Below are positions 32,051-41,795 of a stretch of 64,000 nucleotides of DNA, in pieces. A model generated the notes under the pieces. That model saw nothing but the letters and a program-made list of their open reading frames with translations, was not told the origin of the DNA and ran no database searches. The DNA is taken from positions 32,001-96,000 of the forward strand of contig CAXXVK010000053.1 of NCBI GenBank assembly GCA_963676915.2, read 5' to 3'. How positions within the stretch are numbered: position 1 is the first letter of the stretch; the number at the start of each line of letters is the position of its first letter. Source of the DNA: Myxococcota bacterium (GTDB lineage: Bacteria > Myxococcota_A > SURF-8 > G963663525). The translations under genes were made by a program, and so were the position numbers.

Positions 32051-32980
32051 ATGCCGATACTGACCATAGAAAATCTAAGCAAAACGTTCCGTTCGGATTT
32101 TCTCGTCCGACGAATCGAGGCCGTCAAAAACCTGAGTTTCGACGTCAATCAAGGGGAAGTCTTCGGCTTTGTCGGCCACAATGGTGCAGGAAAAACGACG
32201 ACGATCAAAATGCTGGTGGGTCTGACGTTTCCATCCGAAGGGAAAATAACGCTGTTCGACCAACCGGCAAACAACCCAGCCATTCGCAATCGGATCGGTT
32301 TTTTGCCGGAACGTCCCTATTTTTACGAATACCTGACTCCTCGTGAAGCGCTTCGGTTTTATGCCGACCTGCATGGTGTTCCGGCCAGAAAGCGTAATGA
32401 GAAAATCAAAGAACTACTCGATCTCGTGGGACTTGCGAAACACGAAAATCTTCGTATGAAAGCCTTTTCGAAAGGAATGCTTCAACGCCTCGGCATGGCG
32501 GCTACTCTCGTGCATGAACCGGAACTGGTCATCTTAGACGAACCGATGAGTGGTCTCGACCCTCTCGGACGCGCCGACATGAAAACGATCATTCGCATGT
32601 TGAAGCAACAAGGGAAAACCATTCTCTTTTCTTCCCACATTCTTTCGGATGTGGAAGAACTTTGCGACCGCGTAGCCCTGATCGCTCACGGAAGCCTGAA
32701 AGCCCTTGGAACCATTGACGAATTGACATCCTCGTACGGAAGCGGCCACGTCGAGTTCGTCGTTTCGGACAATCTCGACGACGAAAAACGCCAAAAACTG
32801 GGTTCCATGGGACTCGAAAGCGAAGCGGTGAAAAACGGATTCAAAATCATGGTGGAAGAGGAACGCAAAAACGAAGTACTCGACCTGTTGCGTTCCATGG
32901 AGGCCGATATTCTAAGGTTGGGAGTCAAACATACCTCGTTGGAAGATCTTTTCGTCGCCAGCACAAGGAGGGAATCATGA
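32051..32980 (+). CDS. ABC-2 ATPase (PilH-like)
   Basis: GHNGAGKTT, GFLPERPYFYEYLT, FSKGMLQR, LDEPMSGLDPLGR, SSH. Confidence 0.92.
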   Translation: MPILTIENLSKTFRSDFLVRRIEAVKNLSFDVNQGEVFGFVGHNGAGKTTTIKMLVGLTFPSEGKITLFDQPANNPAIRNRIGFLPERPYFYEYLTPREALRFYADLHGVPARKRNEKIKELLDLVGLAKHENLRMKAFSKGMLQRLGMAATLVHEPELVILDEPMSGLDPLGRADMKTIIRMLKQQGKTILFSSHILSDVEELCDRVALIAHGSLKALGTIDELTSSYGSGHVEFVVSDNLDDEKRQKLGSMGLESEAVKNGFKIMVEEERKNEVLDLLRSMEADILRLGVKHTSLEDLFVASTRRES

Positions 32981-33768
32981 GAAAGATTTTGATTCTCACT
33001 TTGAATACTTTTCGTGAGGCCGTGCGGGATAAAATCCTGTATACCCTGATCTTTTTCGCCATCCTGTTTTCATTCGCCAGCATTCTCATGGCCACCATAT
33101 CGTTGGGTGAAAACAAACGAATGCTGATCAACATGGGTCTGGCCAATATCGAAATTTTCGGCACGTTGATCGCCATTTTCGTCGGCATCAGCTTGGTTTA
33201 CAAAGAATTGCAGCGACGAACGATCTACACGATCGTTACCCGTCCAATTTTCCGTTACCAATTTTTACTGGGCAAGTACTTCGGATTGTTGCTGACGTTG
33301 GCCGTACAGATTCTGCTGATGCTAGCCGTTGTGGTGTTCAACCTGGCTATTTTCGGTGGGTTGGAACGAATTCCGGATGTTTTGAAAGCACTTTGGTTGA
33401 TATACCTCGAACTGGCACTGATTACCGCCGTAGCCACGCTGTTTAGCGCGTATTCCACTCCGATCCTTTCCGGTATGTTCACGTTGGCCTTTTACCTGAT
33501 CGGCTCGACCAGCTATTACCTTTCCTGGCTGCTGGACGGCTCGACCGACCGCGTGACCGGTCAGATACCGGAATCTATCCAATGGCTCATCAAGGGGCTT
33601 CAGGTGATTCTGCCGGACTTCTCCCTGCTCAACATCAAAGCTCAGGTGGCGCACCAGATCGAGATTCCGTGGGACTACATGCTGCATTCCTCGCTTTATG
33701 GCATAAGCTACTCTGTGGTGGTTCTCGTACTGGCCATTTTCATCTTTTCACGCAGGGATCTAAAATAA
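32977..33768 (+). CDS. ABC-2 permease (PilI-like)
   Basis: NTFREAVRDKILY, KE..RRTIYTI..RPI.R.QFLLGKY.G, C-terminal FSRRDLK. Confidence 0.88.
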   Translation: MRKILILTLNTFREAVRDKILYTLIFFAILFSFASILMATISLGENKRMLINMGLANIEIFGTLIAIFVGISLVYKELQRRTIYTIVTRPIFRYQFLLGKYFGLLLTLAVQILLMLAVVVFNLAIFGGLERIPDVLKALWLIYLELALITAVATLFSAYSTPILSGMFTLAFYLIGSTSYYLSWLLDGSTDRVTGQIPESIQWLIKGLQVILPDFSLLNIKAQVAHQIEIPWDYMLHSSLYGISYSVVVLVLAIFIFSRRDLK

Positions 33769-33778
33769 GGGAACATCC

Positions 33779-34432
33779 ATGGCCAATCCCCCCGCTTCCA
33801 AACGCTCCGATGTCACCGGAATCAGCGGGAAATTCCGCCCGGCCATCGAATTTGCCCGTGATCGGCTGAAAAAAGCCGATCCGGCGTTTCGGGCGTTTCA
33901 AGCCGGTGTGGATTTCGACGACCATGCGTTTCGTTTTTCTTACCTCGGACGAGTCGCTGAGGTATCTTTTCCCGAAGGCGAATGCCTCCTTGACGGTCAA
34001 CCCGCTTCGGGCGTTCATAGCGTTCTTTTGCTGCACTACGTATTGCAGGGAAAGGATATTTCGCCCTCGGGACGTTGGATTTCCTACCGGGAACTTCCCG
34101 ATTCCAGCGCCTACGAAGCCGCGTTTCTCTCTCGTGGACCGCATCTCGTAGCAAGCCATTTCGGCAACAACCCCGAAGAATTTGAACGCTGCACCCAAAC
34201 GATGGGCGGAGAGCGAATGGACGAGTTGCCCGGTCTGGCCTTCCGTTTTGCAGCCTTGCCCCGGATTCCTTTGGCTGTGATTCTTCATCCCGGCGAGGAA
34301 GGTCTTCCAGCCGGAGGACAGATGCTGTTCGACGCCACCGCCCCCCTGATCTGGGTGGCCGAAGATCTGGCGGTTCTGGGAGAAGTCGCCGCTACTTTCT
34401 TGTGCCGTTGCACGTCATCGAGAAGTGAATGA
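33779..34432 (+). CDS. DUF3786 family protein
   Basis: LLLHY...WISYRELP..AY..AF...F..LPRIPL......GEE....LFD......AEDL. Confidence 0.8.
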   Translation: MANPPASKRSDVTGISGKFRPAIEFARDRLKKADPAFRAFQAGVDFDDHAFRFSYLGRVAEVSFPEGECLLDGQPASGVHSVLLLHYVLQGKDISPSGRWISYRELPDSSAYEAAFLSRGPHLVASHFGNNPEEFERCTQTMGGERMDELPGLAFRFAALPRIPLAVILHPGEEGLPAGGQMLFDATAPLIWVAEDLAVLGEVAATFLCRCTSSRSE

Positions 34433-34447
34433 GCTTGATGGTTTTGC

Positions 34448-34476
34448 TTGATTTGTCCGTGGCACCTGCCTATACT
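34448..34476 (+). promoter_or_regulatory. Putative sigma70 promoter
   Basis: TTGATT-17 nt-TATACT, 23 nt upstream of an ATG that has a GGAGG RBS. Confidence 0.6.
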
Positions 34477-34499
34477 CGCGCCAGCAATGGAGGTATGCC

Positions 34500-34991
34500 A
34501 TGGAGCTAGAAGCCTACGAAATCGTCGAACGCCTGGGAGAAGACAAATTCTCCGAGATTTTCAACGGTTTGAGCCGTAAAATGCGCACCATGCTGGAAAG
34601 CATGTTCACGAAAAAACGCAAAGGCCGAATGGTCAGCCTGAAGTCCCGCAAAAAAGGCAAGGGTCAAGCGGTAAAACAGGTCTGGCGAGGACTTCAAGAC
34701 GAAAACGCCAACCAATACGCAGATGAAATCCTGCGGGCCTACTTTTTCGAGCATCGCGACCTGCTCAAAACGGCGCTGGACTTTTTCGAAATCCCGAACG
34801 AGGACGGTATTACCAACCAGGAACTGACCGCCCTCGAACAGGCAGACACCGAAACATTGCAAAAATTATTCGATGAGCTGAAATCCAAGGACTTTTCGGT
34901 GTTGGATATTTCTCTGTACTTCGTATTCCTCAAGGCGGAACATGCTTTCGACCTTACGGAAGTCCGCGAGATTTTCGACGTTCCCTCCTGA
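34500..34991 (+). CDS. Hypothetical protein
   Basis: Good RBS and promoter; basic patch KKRKGR...KSRKKGKG; LLKTALDFFEIPNEDG. Confidence 0.75.
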   Translation: MELEAYEIVERLGEDKFSEIFNGLSRKMRTMLESMFTKKRKGRMVSLKSRKKGKGQAVKQVWRGLQDENANQYADEILRAYFFEHRDLLKTALDFFEIPNEDGITNQELTALEQADTETLQKLFDELKSKDFSVLDISLYFVFLKAEHAFDLTEVREIFDVPS

Positions 34992-35195
34992 TTCGAGGAA
35001 GGAATCCTGTAGTAAGATTCAGTTTTCTTGGTGTGTTTTACTGAAAACTACAATGGTTTGGGAATTTGCAAAACGCACCTACGCCCCGACTTGTTAGGTG
35101 ATCTTTGCATAGACAAGGAATTATTAATTACAGAGGTTCGTTACCTAAAACAACTACCGATTAAATAATAACATTAACAAAATCATCCAATTCTA

Positions 35196-36194
35196 ATGCA
35201 CAACAGAAACGACTATTTCGATAACGCTCGTTTTATATTAGTTTTTTGGGTGATAATTGGGCATTTTTGGGGTGTGGGTATTTTTCAATACTGGAACGTC
35301 TGCCCAGGATTTCTGCGAAATTTTATTTACTCGTTCCATATGCCCTTAATTGCTTTGATTTCCGGTTATTTTTCAAAGAATGCAACTTCAGACAAGTTGC
35401 GCATCTATCTTAACCGCTTGTTAGTTCCTTTTGTGATTTTCCAAGTGCTTTACCTTCTTTGGTTTCAAATCCTAAAGGGGGAGATTGGTTCCATTCATTT
35501 ACAGCTAACCTATCCTTTTCATGGTCTTTGGTATTTATGGGCTTTGTTTTTCTGGCGAATTTTTACTCCATATATCGTTCAATTGAAACATCCCATCGTT
35601 ATTTCGATTTGTATCGCTTTGGCTATTGGGTATTTTTCCGATATCGGATTAAAATATGAAATTTCCAAATTGATTTGTTTTCTACCCTTTTATTTGATTG
35701 GTTTATATTCAGATTTCCGTCATTTCACATTTCTTGCAAATAAAAATTTTCAGATCCTTTCAATCTGCGTTCTTTCAACAAGCCTCTTTGCTTTCTATTT
35801 TTATATGCCTGAATTCTCCTATTGGTTTTATCTGAATTTACCATATTCTACAATGAAAGCCCCTGAAATCACAGCAGTATTTTACCGTCTCCTGATTTAT
35901 TGTATAATCTTTATAAATGGTATTTCTTTTTTATCCATCGTGCCGCACAGAAAGACATGGTTCACGAAGTATGGAAAATATACGATCTATCCTTACTTGC
36001 TGCATATGCCTATTCTTTGGCTGCACATGCAACTCCCCAACATATACACCATAGCTATGCTGAAAGCGTTGTTTGGTGATGTCGGGAATATCGTTTACAT
36101 CACAAGTGTGAGTGCTTTCTTGATGATCGCCCTGTCAACTCTCCCTGTACGAAATGTTTTCCGATGGATCGTCGAACCGAAATGGATCAAGTAG
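35196..36194 (+). CDS. Acyltransferase_3 family membrane O-acyltransferase, AT-rich
   Basis: R.DYFDNAR...VIIGH, IYSFHMP...ISGYFSK, LWYLWAL, FLPFYLIG, GKYTIYPYLLH. Confidence 0.9.
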   Translation: MHNRNDYFDNARFILVFWVIIGHFWGVGIFQYWNVCPGFLRNFIYSFHMPLIALISGYFSKNATSDKLRIYLNRLLVPFVIFQVLYLLWFQILKGEIGSIHLQLTYPFHGLWYLWALFFWRIFTPYIVQLKHPIVISICIALAIGYFSDIGLKYEISKLICFLPFYLIGLYSDFRHFTFLANKNFQILSICVLSTSLFAFYFYMPEFSYWFYLNLPYSTMKAPEITAVFYRLLIYCIIFINGISFLSIVPHRKTWFTKYGKYTIYPYLLHMPILWLHMQLPNIYTIAMLKALFGDVGNIVYITSVSAFLMIALSTLPVRNVFRWIVEPKWIK

Positions 36195-36203
36195 ATATCT
36201 GGA

Positions 36204-37253
36204 CTAAAACCGCGCCAGATGGTATTCGGTAACGCCGAAAAAGTCTTTCAGGACGTAGGTTTGGCCGTCGTCGTCCGTGACTTCCCCCTCAAACGTTCCG
36301 AATGGCTGGTGGTAGTCCGACAGGATCAGCCCCAGGTCGATGCGCTCGGCGCGTTCGCCGTTCGGCGTGAAGGCCAGCTTGCATTTACCATCGGTGGTTT
36401 CGATGCTCCAGGGCTTTAGAGTATCCTTGGGATCGAACGTAAACCTCACCCCGCTCCAGCCGCTGAGTTTGCCGTCCACCCACAATACGTTCTCGTTGTA
36501 GGTATCGTCGTTCTCGATCATGTTCTGCACGAGGTTGAGCGCGATCCGGCGACCGCTTTCGTCGAATCCCGCACAGGTGGCCCAGCGCCATAACGTATTG
36601 TAGGGATAATAGGTTTTCTGCACGTCGATCAACGCCGTGTCTCGTGCGGGGTCCAGAGTGACCCTACGGTCACCCAGTGCGAGTTCTCCCCGTACCGGCA
36701 CCGGCGCTTTGTGCGTGTAGAGCGGTCGATTCTCCGAGATCGGCAGCAAGGTTACGAGTGGTTGGATTTCTTCAAGGTTTTCCAGTAATTCCACGTCGGC
36801 ATGAATCCCCGGCTTGCCGCCTTTTCCGGCAATGTCGATCTGAATTCGATGCAGGCCGTCGTTCAGCCGGTTTTGAATCTCGATGTTGTACTTCCCGGAC
36901 GGATACGAGCAGTTTTCGGACCAAAGCTCCCTCGACAGGTGGGACGTTCCGCCGTGGGACTGCTTGTGGTACTCGGTGATTTCACCCGTGGCGCGATCCA
37001 GGATGTAACAGAAGGTCGAACTCATGTATCCTGTGTTGACCACCGCGAAGGCCAGGGAAAATTCCGGGTGGATGATCAGGTGATGTTGCCATTGTTTGAG
37101 GCGCATCCGGTTGACGAATTCCCGCCCCACCGGCAGGCCGAAGAGGTCGGTTTCCAGCAAATTCAGGTGCTTGAACGGTGTTTCGAAGCGTCCGAACGAA
37201 ACGACCCGGCCGTTTTCGACCGCTTTTTCCGGTGTGGGTTGCAGGGGCAGCAT
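36204..37253 (-). CDS. DUF2804 family protein
   Basis: RLKQWQ, YTHK, YYPYNTLWRWA, ENVLWVDG, PWSI...L.FTP, SDYHQPFGTF.G, GVTEYHLARF. Confidence 0.82.
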   Translation of the reverse strand: MLPLQPTPEKAVENGRVVSFGRFETPFKHLNLLETDLFGLPVGREFVNRMRLKQWQHHLIIHPEFSLAFAVVNTGYMSSTFCYILDRATGEITEYHKQSHGGTSHLSRELWSENCSYPSGKYNIEIQNRLNDGLHRIQIDIAGKGGKPGIHADVELLENLEEIQPLVTLLPISENRPLYTHKAPVPVRGELALGDRRVTLDPARDTALIDVQKTYYPYNTLWRWATCAGFDESGRRIALNLVQNMIENDDTYNENVLWVDGKLSGWSGVRFTFDPKDTLKPWSIETTDGKCKLAFTPNGERAERIDLGLILSDYHQPFGTFEGEVTDDDGQTYVLKDFFGVTEYHLARF

Positions 37254-37272
37254 CGGGTATTCCTCCTGTGAT

Positions 37273-37959
37273 TCAGCGGGATTCAGAGTGTTTACGAGCG
37301 GTTTTCGTTGTGGAAGAAGCAGACGATTTCAGCGGAACGACGACTTTTTTTTCTGAGGTTTTTTTCTTTGAAACCGTTTTTTTCGGGGGATCTGCAATGA
37401 AAAACAGGCCGTGTTCGGTGATCAACTTGCCGTTGATACCGATTTTGGCGCTGATTTCCTGCTCTCCGCGTTGAGCAGAGGAAGACACGAAAATCCTCAC
37501 GGGATCGAAGGCCATATCCTCGGCGCTGAATTCCGCGTAATTGACGAAGATCCACTGGTCGTAGACTTCGATACGGCTGGGAATGATGTTTTCCGTACCG
37601 TATTTTTCTTTCAGTTCTTCCCCGTTTTTGAAGACGATCCGAATCGTGTTTTCCTGCTCTTTGTAGGCGAAAGGAGGAAAGATTCCCAACTGGTAGACCT
37701 TGCCTTCTTCATCGATCTCGGCTTCCTCTTCCTCGTCTTCGTCCGTTTCGGGTTCCTGTTCTTCAGGAAAGTCTGCAACTTCGGGTTCGTCCAGATCCTT
37801 GTCGGAATCACCGGGGGTTTCATTCGTATCAGGAGCGAGAAACGCCGAAGAGCAGCCCATGAAAAAGACCGCCAGCAGCGACGCAAGCCATAGTCGGACG
37901 CCTGCTTTCCCGGCTGAATGACGGGCAAGGAGTCCTGAAAAATGGAACGAAATCTGCAT
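37273..37959 (-). CDS. Hypothetical lipoprotein with acidic linker
   Basis: FMGC lipobox followed by a D/E-rich stretch; start codon uncertain. Confidence 0.6.
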   Translation of the reverse strand: MQISFHFSGLLARHSAGKAGVRLWLASLLAVFFMGCSSAFLAPDTNETPGDSDKDLDEPEVADFPEEQEPETDEDEEEEAEIDEEGKVYQLGIFPPFAYKEQENTIRIVFKNGEELKEKYGTENIIPSRIEVYDQWIFVNYAEFSAEDMAFDPVRIFVSSSAQRGEQEISAKIGINGKLITEHGLFFIADPPKKTVSKKKTSEKKVVVPLKSSASSTTKTARKHSESR

Positions 37960-38042
37960 CGTCTAGGCGGTCTTTCGAACGGGTGAAACATCCCTCGATT
38001 CTTGGTAGAAACCGAGGGATTGTATCAAGCCCTGCGTTTTTT

Positions 38043-40256
38043 TCAACCTTCCTGGGGTTGTTCGTCTTTCGTGCTGGCAGGTTCGTCTTCGTCGTCACGC
38101 TCTTTGGGTTTGATGACGTTTTTCAGTGCGTAAACCAGAATCGGGCTGGAAATGGCCAGCAGGGCATAGATCAACCACATGAATTCGGGGCCATTCCAGA
38201 AATTCCGTGCACCGGAAATCACATCGTCCAGCACGTTTTCCGGACAGTAGTTCGTCAACAGTTTTCCCGAGAGCCAGCCGTTGATCGGCTTTGCCAGGAA
38301 CATCGGCAGGGCGGCCAGACCCATGTAAGAGGCTTCCTGCCCTTTGGGGGCGATGGTCACGGTATATTCCGACAATCGCGGCGACCAGATGACTTCGCCG
38401 AAAGCGAAAATCACGATTTGCAGCAAAATCAGAATCAAGTACGCCTGACTCAGCGGGTTGTTTCGTACGGTGATATGCGCCCAGCTCATCAGCCCGCCGA
38501 AGAAAGCCATAAAGGAATTCCAGCCGTTGATGAAATACGTCGGGAGGTCGCCGAACACGGCAATGGCGGTTTGAGCAGGAATGACCAGCGCAAACATCGA
38601 CAGAGCCGAAACGGTGGTTCCGATCATAATCAGTTTAAACACCGAAAACTTGTTCAAAATCGGTATTGCCAGAATCAAACCGATCACGATGATTGTCGGG
38701 TTGATCGAGTTGAGCAATCCGATGGGGGCTTCCGCACCCATTACGCGGGTGTAGTATTTCGGCATGACGAGGAACTGGTGGGTAAATACCAGCCGGACTC
38801 CCAACAGCAGAATCAAAAACAGCATGAACCGCCAGAAGTGCACCTGCGTAACCACGCTCATGAACAATTCCTGCACTTCTTTGAACATGTTCGCCAACAT
38901 CGCGAAAAATCCTTCGTTTTCGGATTCGGCTTTTTTCTCGACCTCGGTTTTCTTTTCGGACAGGTCGATGACGTTGCCCTCGTCGTCGAGGTCGATGTTG
39001 GTTCGTAGCATGACCGAAGCCACGGTGCAGATGACGGCGAATACTCCGCCCCAGAGGAAAATCGATTCGTTGCCGTAGCTGGTACGTAAAAAGGCGATGA
39101 CGTAACCCGCCATGACGGCGGCGACGTTCATGGTCAGGTACTGGAAGTTGAAGCCGGTTCCGCTGGTCCGTTTGTTGGTGTAACGACGAATCGCCACGTA
39201 GATCGCCGGAACCATCATTGCCTCACCCAAAGCCATCAGTGCCAGCAACAGGATGACGTAGATTTTCATCAGATCCTGGATGCCGAACTTGGTTCGAAGT
39301 TCCGTATAGGCTTTGACGATTTCGATTATGCGCTGCTTGAGTTCCTCGCCTTGCAATCGTTCGATGGAGGGGGCGAACTTCTCTTTGAGGTCGGGGTAGC
39401 CGTTCACGAGTCCGACAAGGACGATTTCGCGGTAAATACCCGGACTGACTTTGGAATCCTCGACGACATCCAGTACAACGTTCCGTTTTCGGGCCATCGA
39501 AACCACGGCTTGCATGTCCGTCTGGTAATCGCCGGAAAGCGGTTTCTTTTCTTTCTCGAACAACCATTCAAACTGGTCTTCCAGCTCCATTTCGGCGAGA
39601 TTGTCTTCCTCCGGGTCGATGGATTTTTCCACCACCTTGTGCAACAGGCGTTCGAGGTAGATGGACTTGCCTTTGCGCAGTTCCCGATCGATATCTACGG
39701 GGAAACGTTTATCTTTGGCGAACGAGCGAATAGCCGTCATGATCTCGCCTTCGTCGGCGTATTCCTTCTTTTCACCGGTTGCGGCGTGGATTTTTTCCAA
39801 CAGAGCATTTTCGGCATCGCGACGTTGCTTGTCGTTTTGAGTGAAAGCGTGGTCACCGTAGTGCAACTCCACGATTTCCGTCTTGGCGGCGTTGACATCG
39901 AGCGAATTGTTGAGGTACCAATCCTCCAGAAACGAGGTGGTGCCGATACCGAAGCGGGTGGGAATGAGAATCGCCATCGAAAACACAAGGGCTTTCTTGA
40001 TGCCGATGACATCGATGATGAAACCGACGAAGAAAATCACGATCGAAATCGCCAGCGTGAACAGACCCACGAGGTTGCCGGTCCATTGATCGTCGAAACC
40101 GATGTTTTCGGTCAGATACAAGGTCAGAACGGTGATGAACGAGAAATAGGCCAGCATCTCGAAGAAATTAATCACCAGATTCAGCAGCCAGAATTCCCTC
40201 GGACACATTTTGAGAATTTTAAATTCCGCGAAATAGTTCTTTACCGCCTGCCACAT
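38043..40256 (-). CDS. POT/PTR-like MFS transporter with a large soluble insertion
   Basis: FFEMLAYF, GFNFQYLTMNV, SINPTII, FGEVIWSP, YMGLA motifs; about 220 hydrophilic residues after TM3. Confidence 0.85.
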   Translation of the reverse strand: MWQAVKNYFAEFKILKMCPREFWLLNLVINFFEMLAYFSFITVLTLYLTENIGFDDQWTGNLVGLFTLAISIVIFFVGFIIDVIGIKKALVFSMAILIPTRFGIGTTSFLEDWYLNNSLDVNAAKTEIVELHYGDHAFTQNDKQRRDAENALLEKIHAATGEKKEYADEGEIMTAIRSFAKDKRFPVDIDRELRKGKSIYLERLLHKVVEKSIDPEEDNLAEMELEDQFEWLFEKEKKPLSGDYQTDMQAVVSMARKRNVVLDVVEDSKVSPGIYREIVLVGLVNGYPDLKEKFAPSIERLQGEELKQRIIEIVKAYTELRTKFGIQDLMKIYVILLLALMALGEAMMVPAIYVAIRRYTNKRTSGTGFNFQYLTMNVAAVMAGYVIAFLRTSYGNESIFLWGGVFAVICTVASVMLRTNIDLDDEGNVIDLSEKKTEVEKKAESENEGFFAMLANMFKEVQELFMSVVTQVHFWRFMLFLILLLGVRLVFTHQFLVMPKYYTRVMGAEAPIGLLNSINPTIIVIGLILAIPILNKFSVFKLIMIGTTVSALSMFALVIPAQTAIAVFGDLPTYFINGWNSFMAFFGGLMSWAHITVRNNPLSQAYLILILLQIVIFAFGEVIWSPRLSEYTVTIAPKGQEASYMGLAALPMFLAKPINGWLSGKLLTNYCPENVLDDVISGARNFWNGPEFMWLIYALLAISSPILVYALKNVIKPKERDDEDEPASTKDEQPQEG

Positions 40257-40466
40257 CGTGTTCCCCTTCCTCCAAAATACGCACAGCTTGCAACGAATCA
40301 CCAAAGCTTTCACAATGCACCGCCATTGAGGTTGGCCCTCGGCGCATCAGAAAACGAGAAAGATCCGTAACCCGTCGAGATAAATAGGACTTACCACCTT
40401 TTAGGGTATTGCGGCAAGCAAGGGGAAGAAATTATTTGGAATTCAGGTGAGATACGAGGAGAAACC

Positions 40467-41459
40467 TCAGTCACGTTGCGCTCCGGTCGTTCGGACACAG
40501 CGCACCGCACCATCCTCATTCACGATGCCGTTGTGACTGATGGCACCATTGTAGAATGTTACAAGCCAGGCGCTGTTTTCGTCGTCGTCACGTAGAGTCG
40601 AAGACCAGTAGAAATTCATGCAAATACCTACGACGAGTTCCGGCCAGTAACAGCCTTTCTGTGGTCCCTGATCGTCTTCGCAGCCATCGCAAGCTACCGA
40701 ACGACAGGTCATTTCCAGGCAGTCGTCGTCATCGATGTTGCAGGCGGCACCGGTTTGCGTTTTCCAGCAATCGTTGATCAACGACCGCAACTCGGTAATC
40801 GACGGCAGCCGCCAGTCGTCGTAGCCGTCCTCGCTCAGTTCCTCGCAATAAGCGACGGCATCTTCCCAATTCATCGTTTCATCGGCAGGGGGATTCTGCC
40901 AGGTAAGTTCCTCGGAAGAATCGGGGTAAGGCTCCGGTTCGAAATCGGGAGCGGTAAGAACCCACGAAACGTACGAACCGACGTCCCCTCCCTGGTTTTT
41001 CAGAGCGCAGAGTAGATCGAAACTCTCACCCGAGGTGCTTTCGTCCCAGGCGATTTCTCCCGAAATGGTAACGAGGCGCTCGGCGACGTTCGTTTCGTGC
41101 TCGATCAGCAGATATGTGGACGCTTCTACGCCGTTGCGACTCGTTCCGAGAACGGTTTCCGTCACGCTATCGATATCGATCCCTTCATCCACTTTGAAAG
41201 AAATCGAAAAGCGTGGGGAGAGATCGAGGCCGGTTTCTGGGAACATGGTTTCGCCGATCAAAGGCCCGTTTTCGGAGGCATTCGGAAGAGATTTTTTGAC
41301 CTGGGTGGTGGGTTGATCGAAATCCAGGCAATCTATCAATCGATCGGCCAGCGCCTGAGCGACGGTTTCCGCGTCGAGTTTATCTTTGCAGGCGACTCCA
41401 ATAAAGAGACCTGTGACAAATAGAGTGAATACGATGATTCGTATTTTCATGACATCCAT
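40467..41459 (-). CDS. Lipoprotein with C-terminal DUF1566 (Lcl) domain
   Basis: GVAC lipobox; LTWQ...MNWEDAVAYC..L...GYDDWRLPSITELRSL...YWSST...AW.V.F..G...VRCVR. Confidence 0.88.
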   Translation of the reverse strand: MDVMKIRIIVFTLFVTGLFIGVACKDKLDAETVAQALADRLIDCLDFDQPTTQVKKSLPNASENGPLIGETMFPETGLDLSPRFSISFKVDEGIDIDSVTETVLGTSRNGVEASTYLLIEHETNVAERLVTISGEIAWDESTSGESFDLLCALKNQGGDVGSYVSWVLTAPDFEPEPYPDSSEELTWQNPPADETMNWEDAVAYCEELSEDGYDDWRLPSITELRSLINDCWKTQTGAACNIDDDDCLEMTCRSVACDGCEDDQGPQKGCYWPELVVGICMNFYWSSTLRDDDENSAWLVTFYNGAISHNGIVNEDGAVRCVRTTGAQRD

Positions 41460-41795
41460 CGCTCCCAGCCCGATACTACCAAGGCGAAATAAGCCTTTGC
41501 ACGTTTCAACATCTACATTCGACGGATCGGACAGAAAAAATCGTCGCCACATTTACGAAAAAAAGAGAAAACGAGATACCTATCCCAAAGGAATGAAAAC
41601 CTCTGAAAAAACAATACGCCTCTATCGTAAATCCCCCTCTCCGAAAAAAAGCAGGGATTGTACATATAGCATTGCTCCATTTTCGGGAACCCGAAAAGTG
41701 TAAACCAACGCTCGTATCAAATCAACCCTGTTCGTACTGGAACAAAGAAAAAAGGGCGTTTATCACAATCGTTGAAAAGAAGGCGTTTTCCGGCG

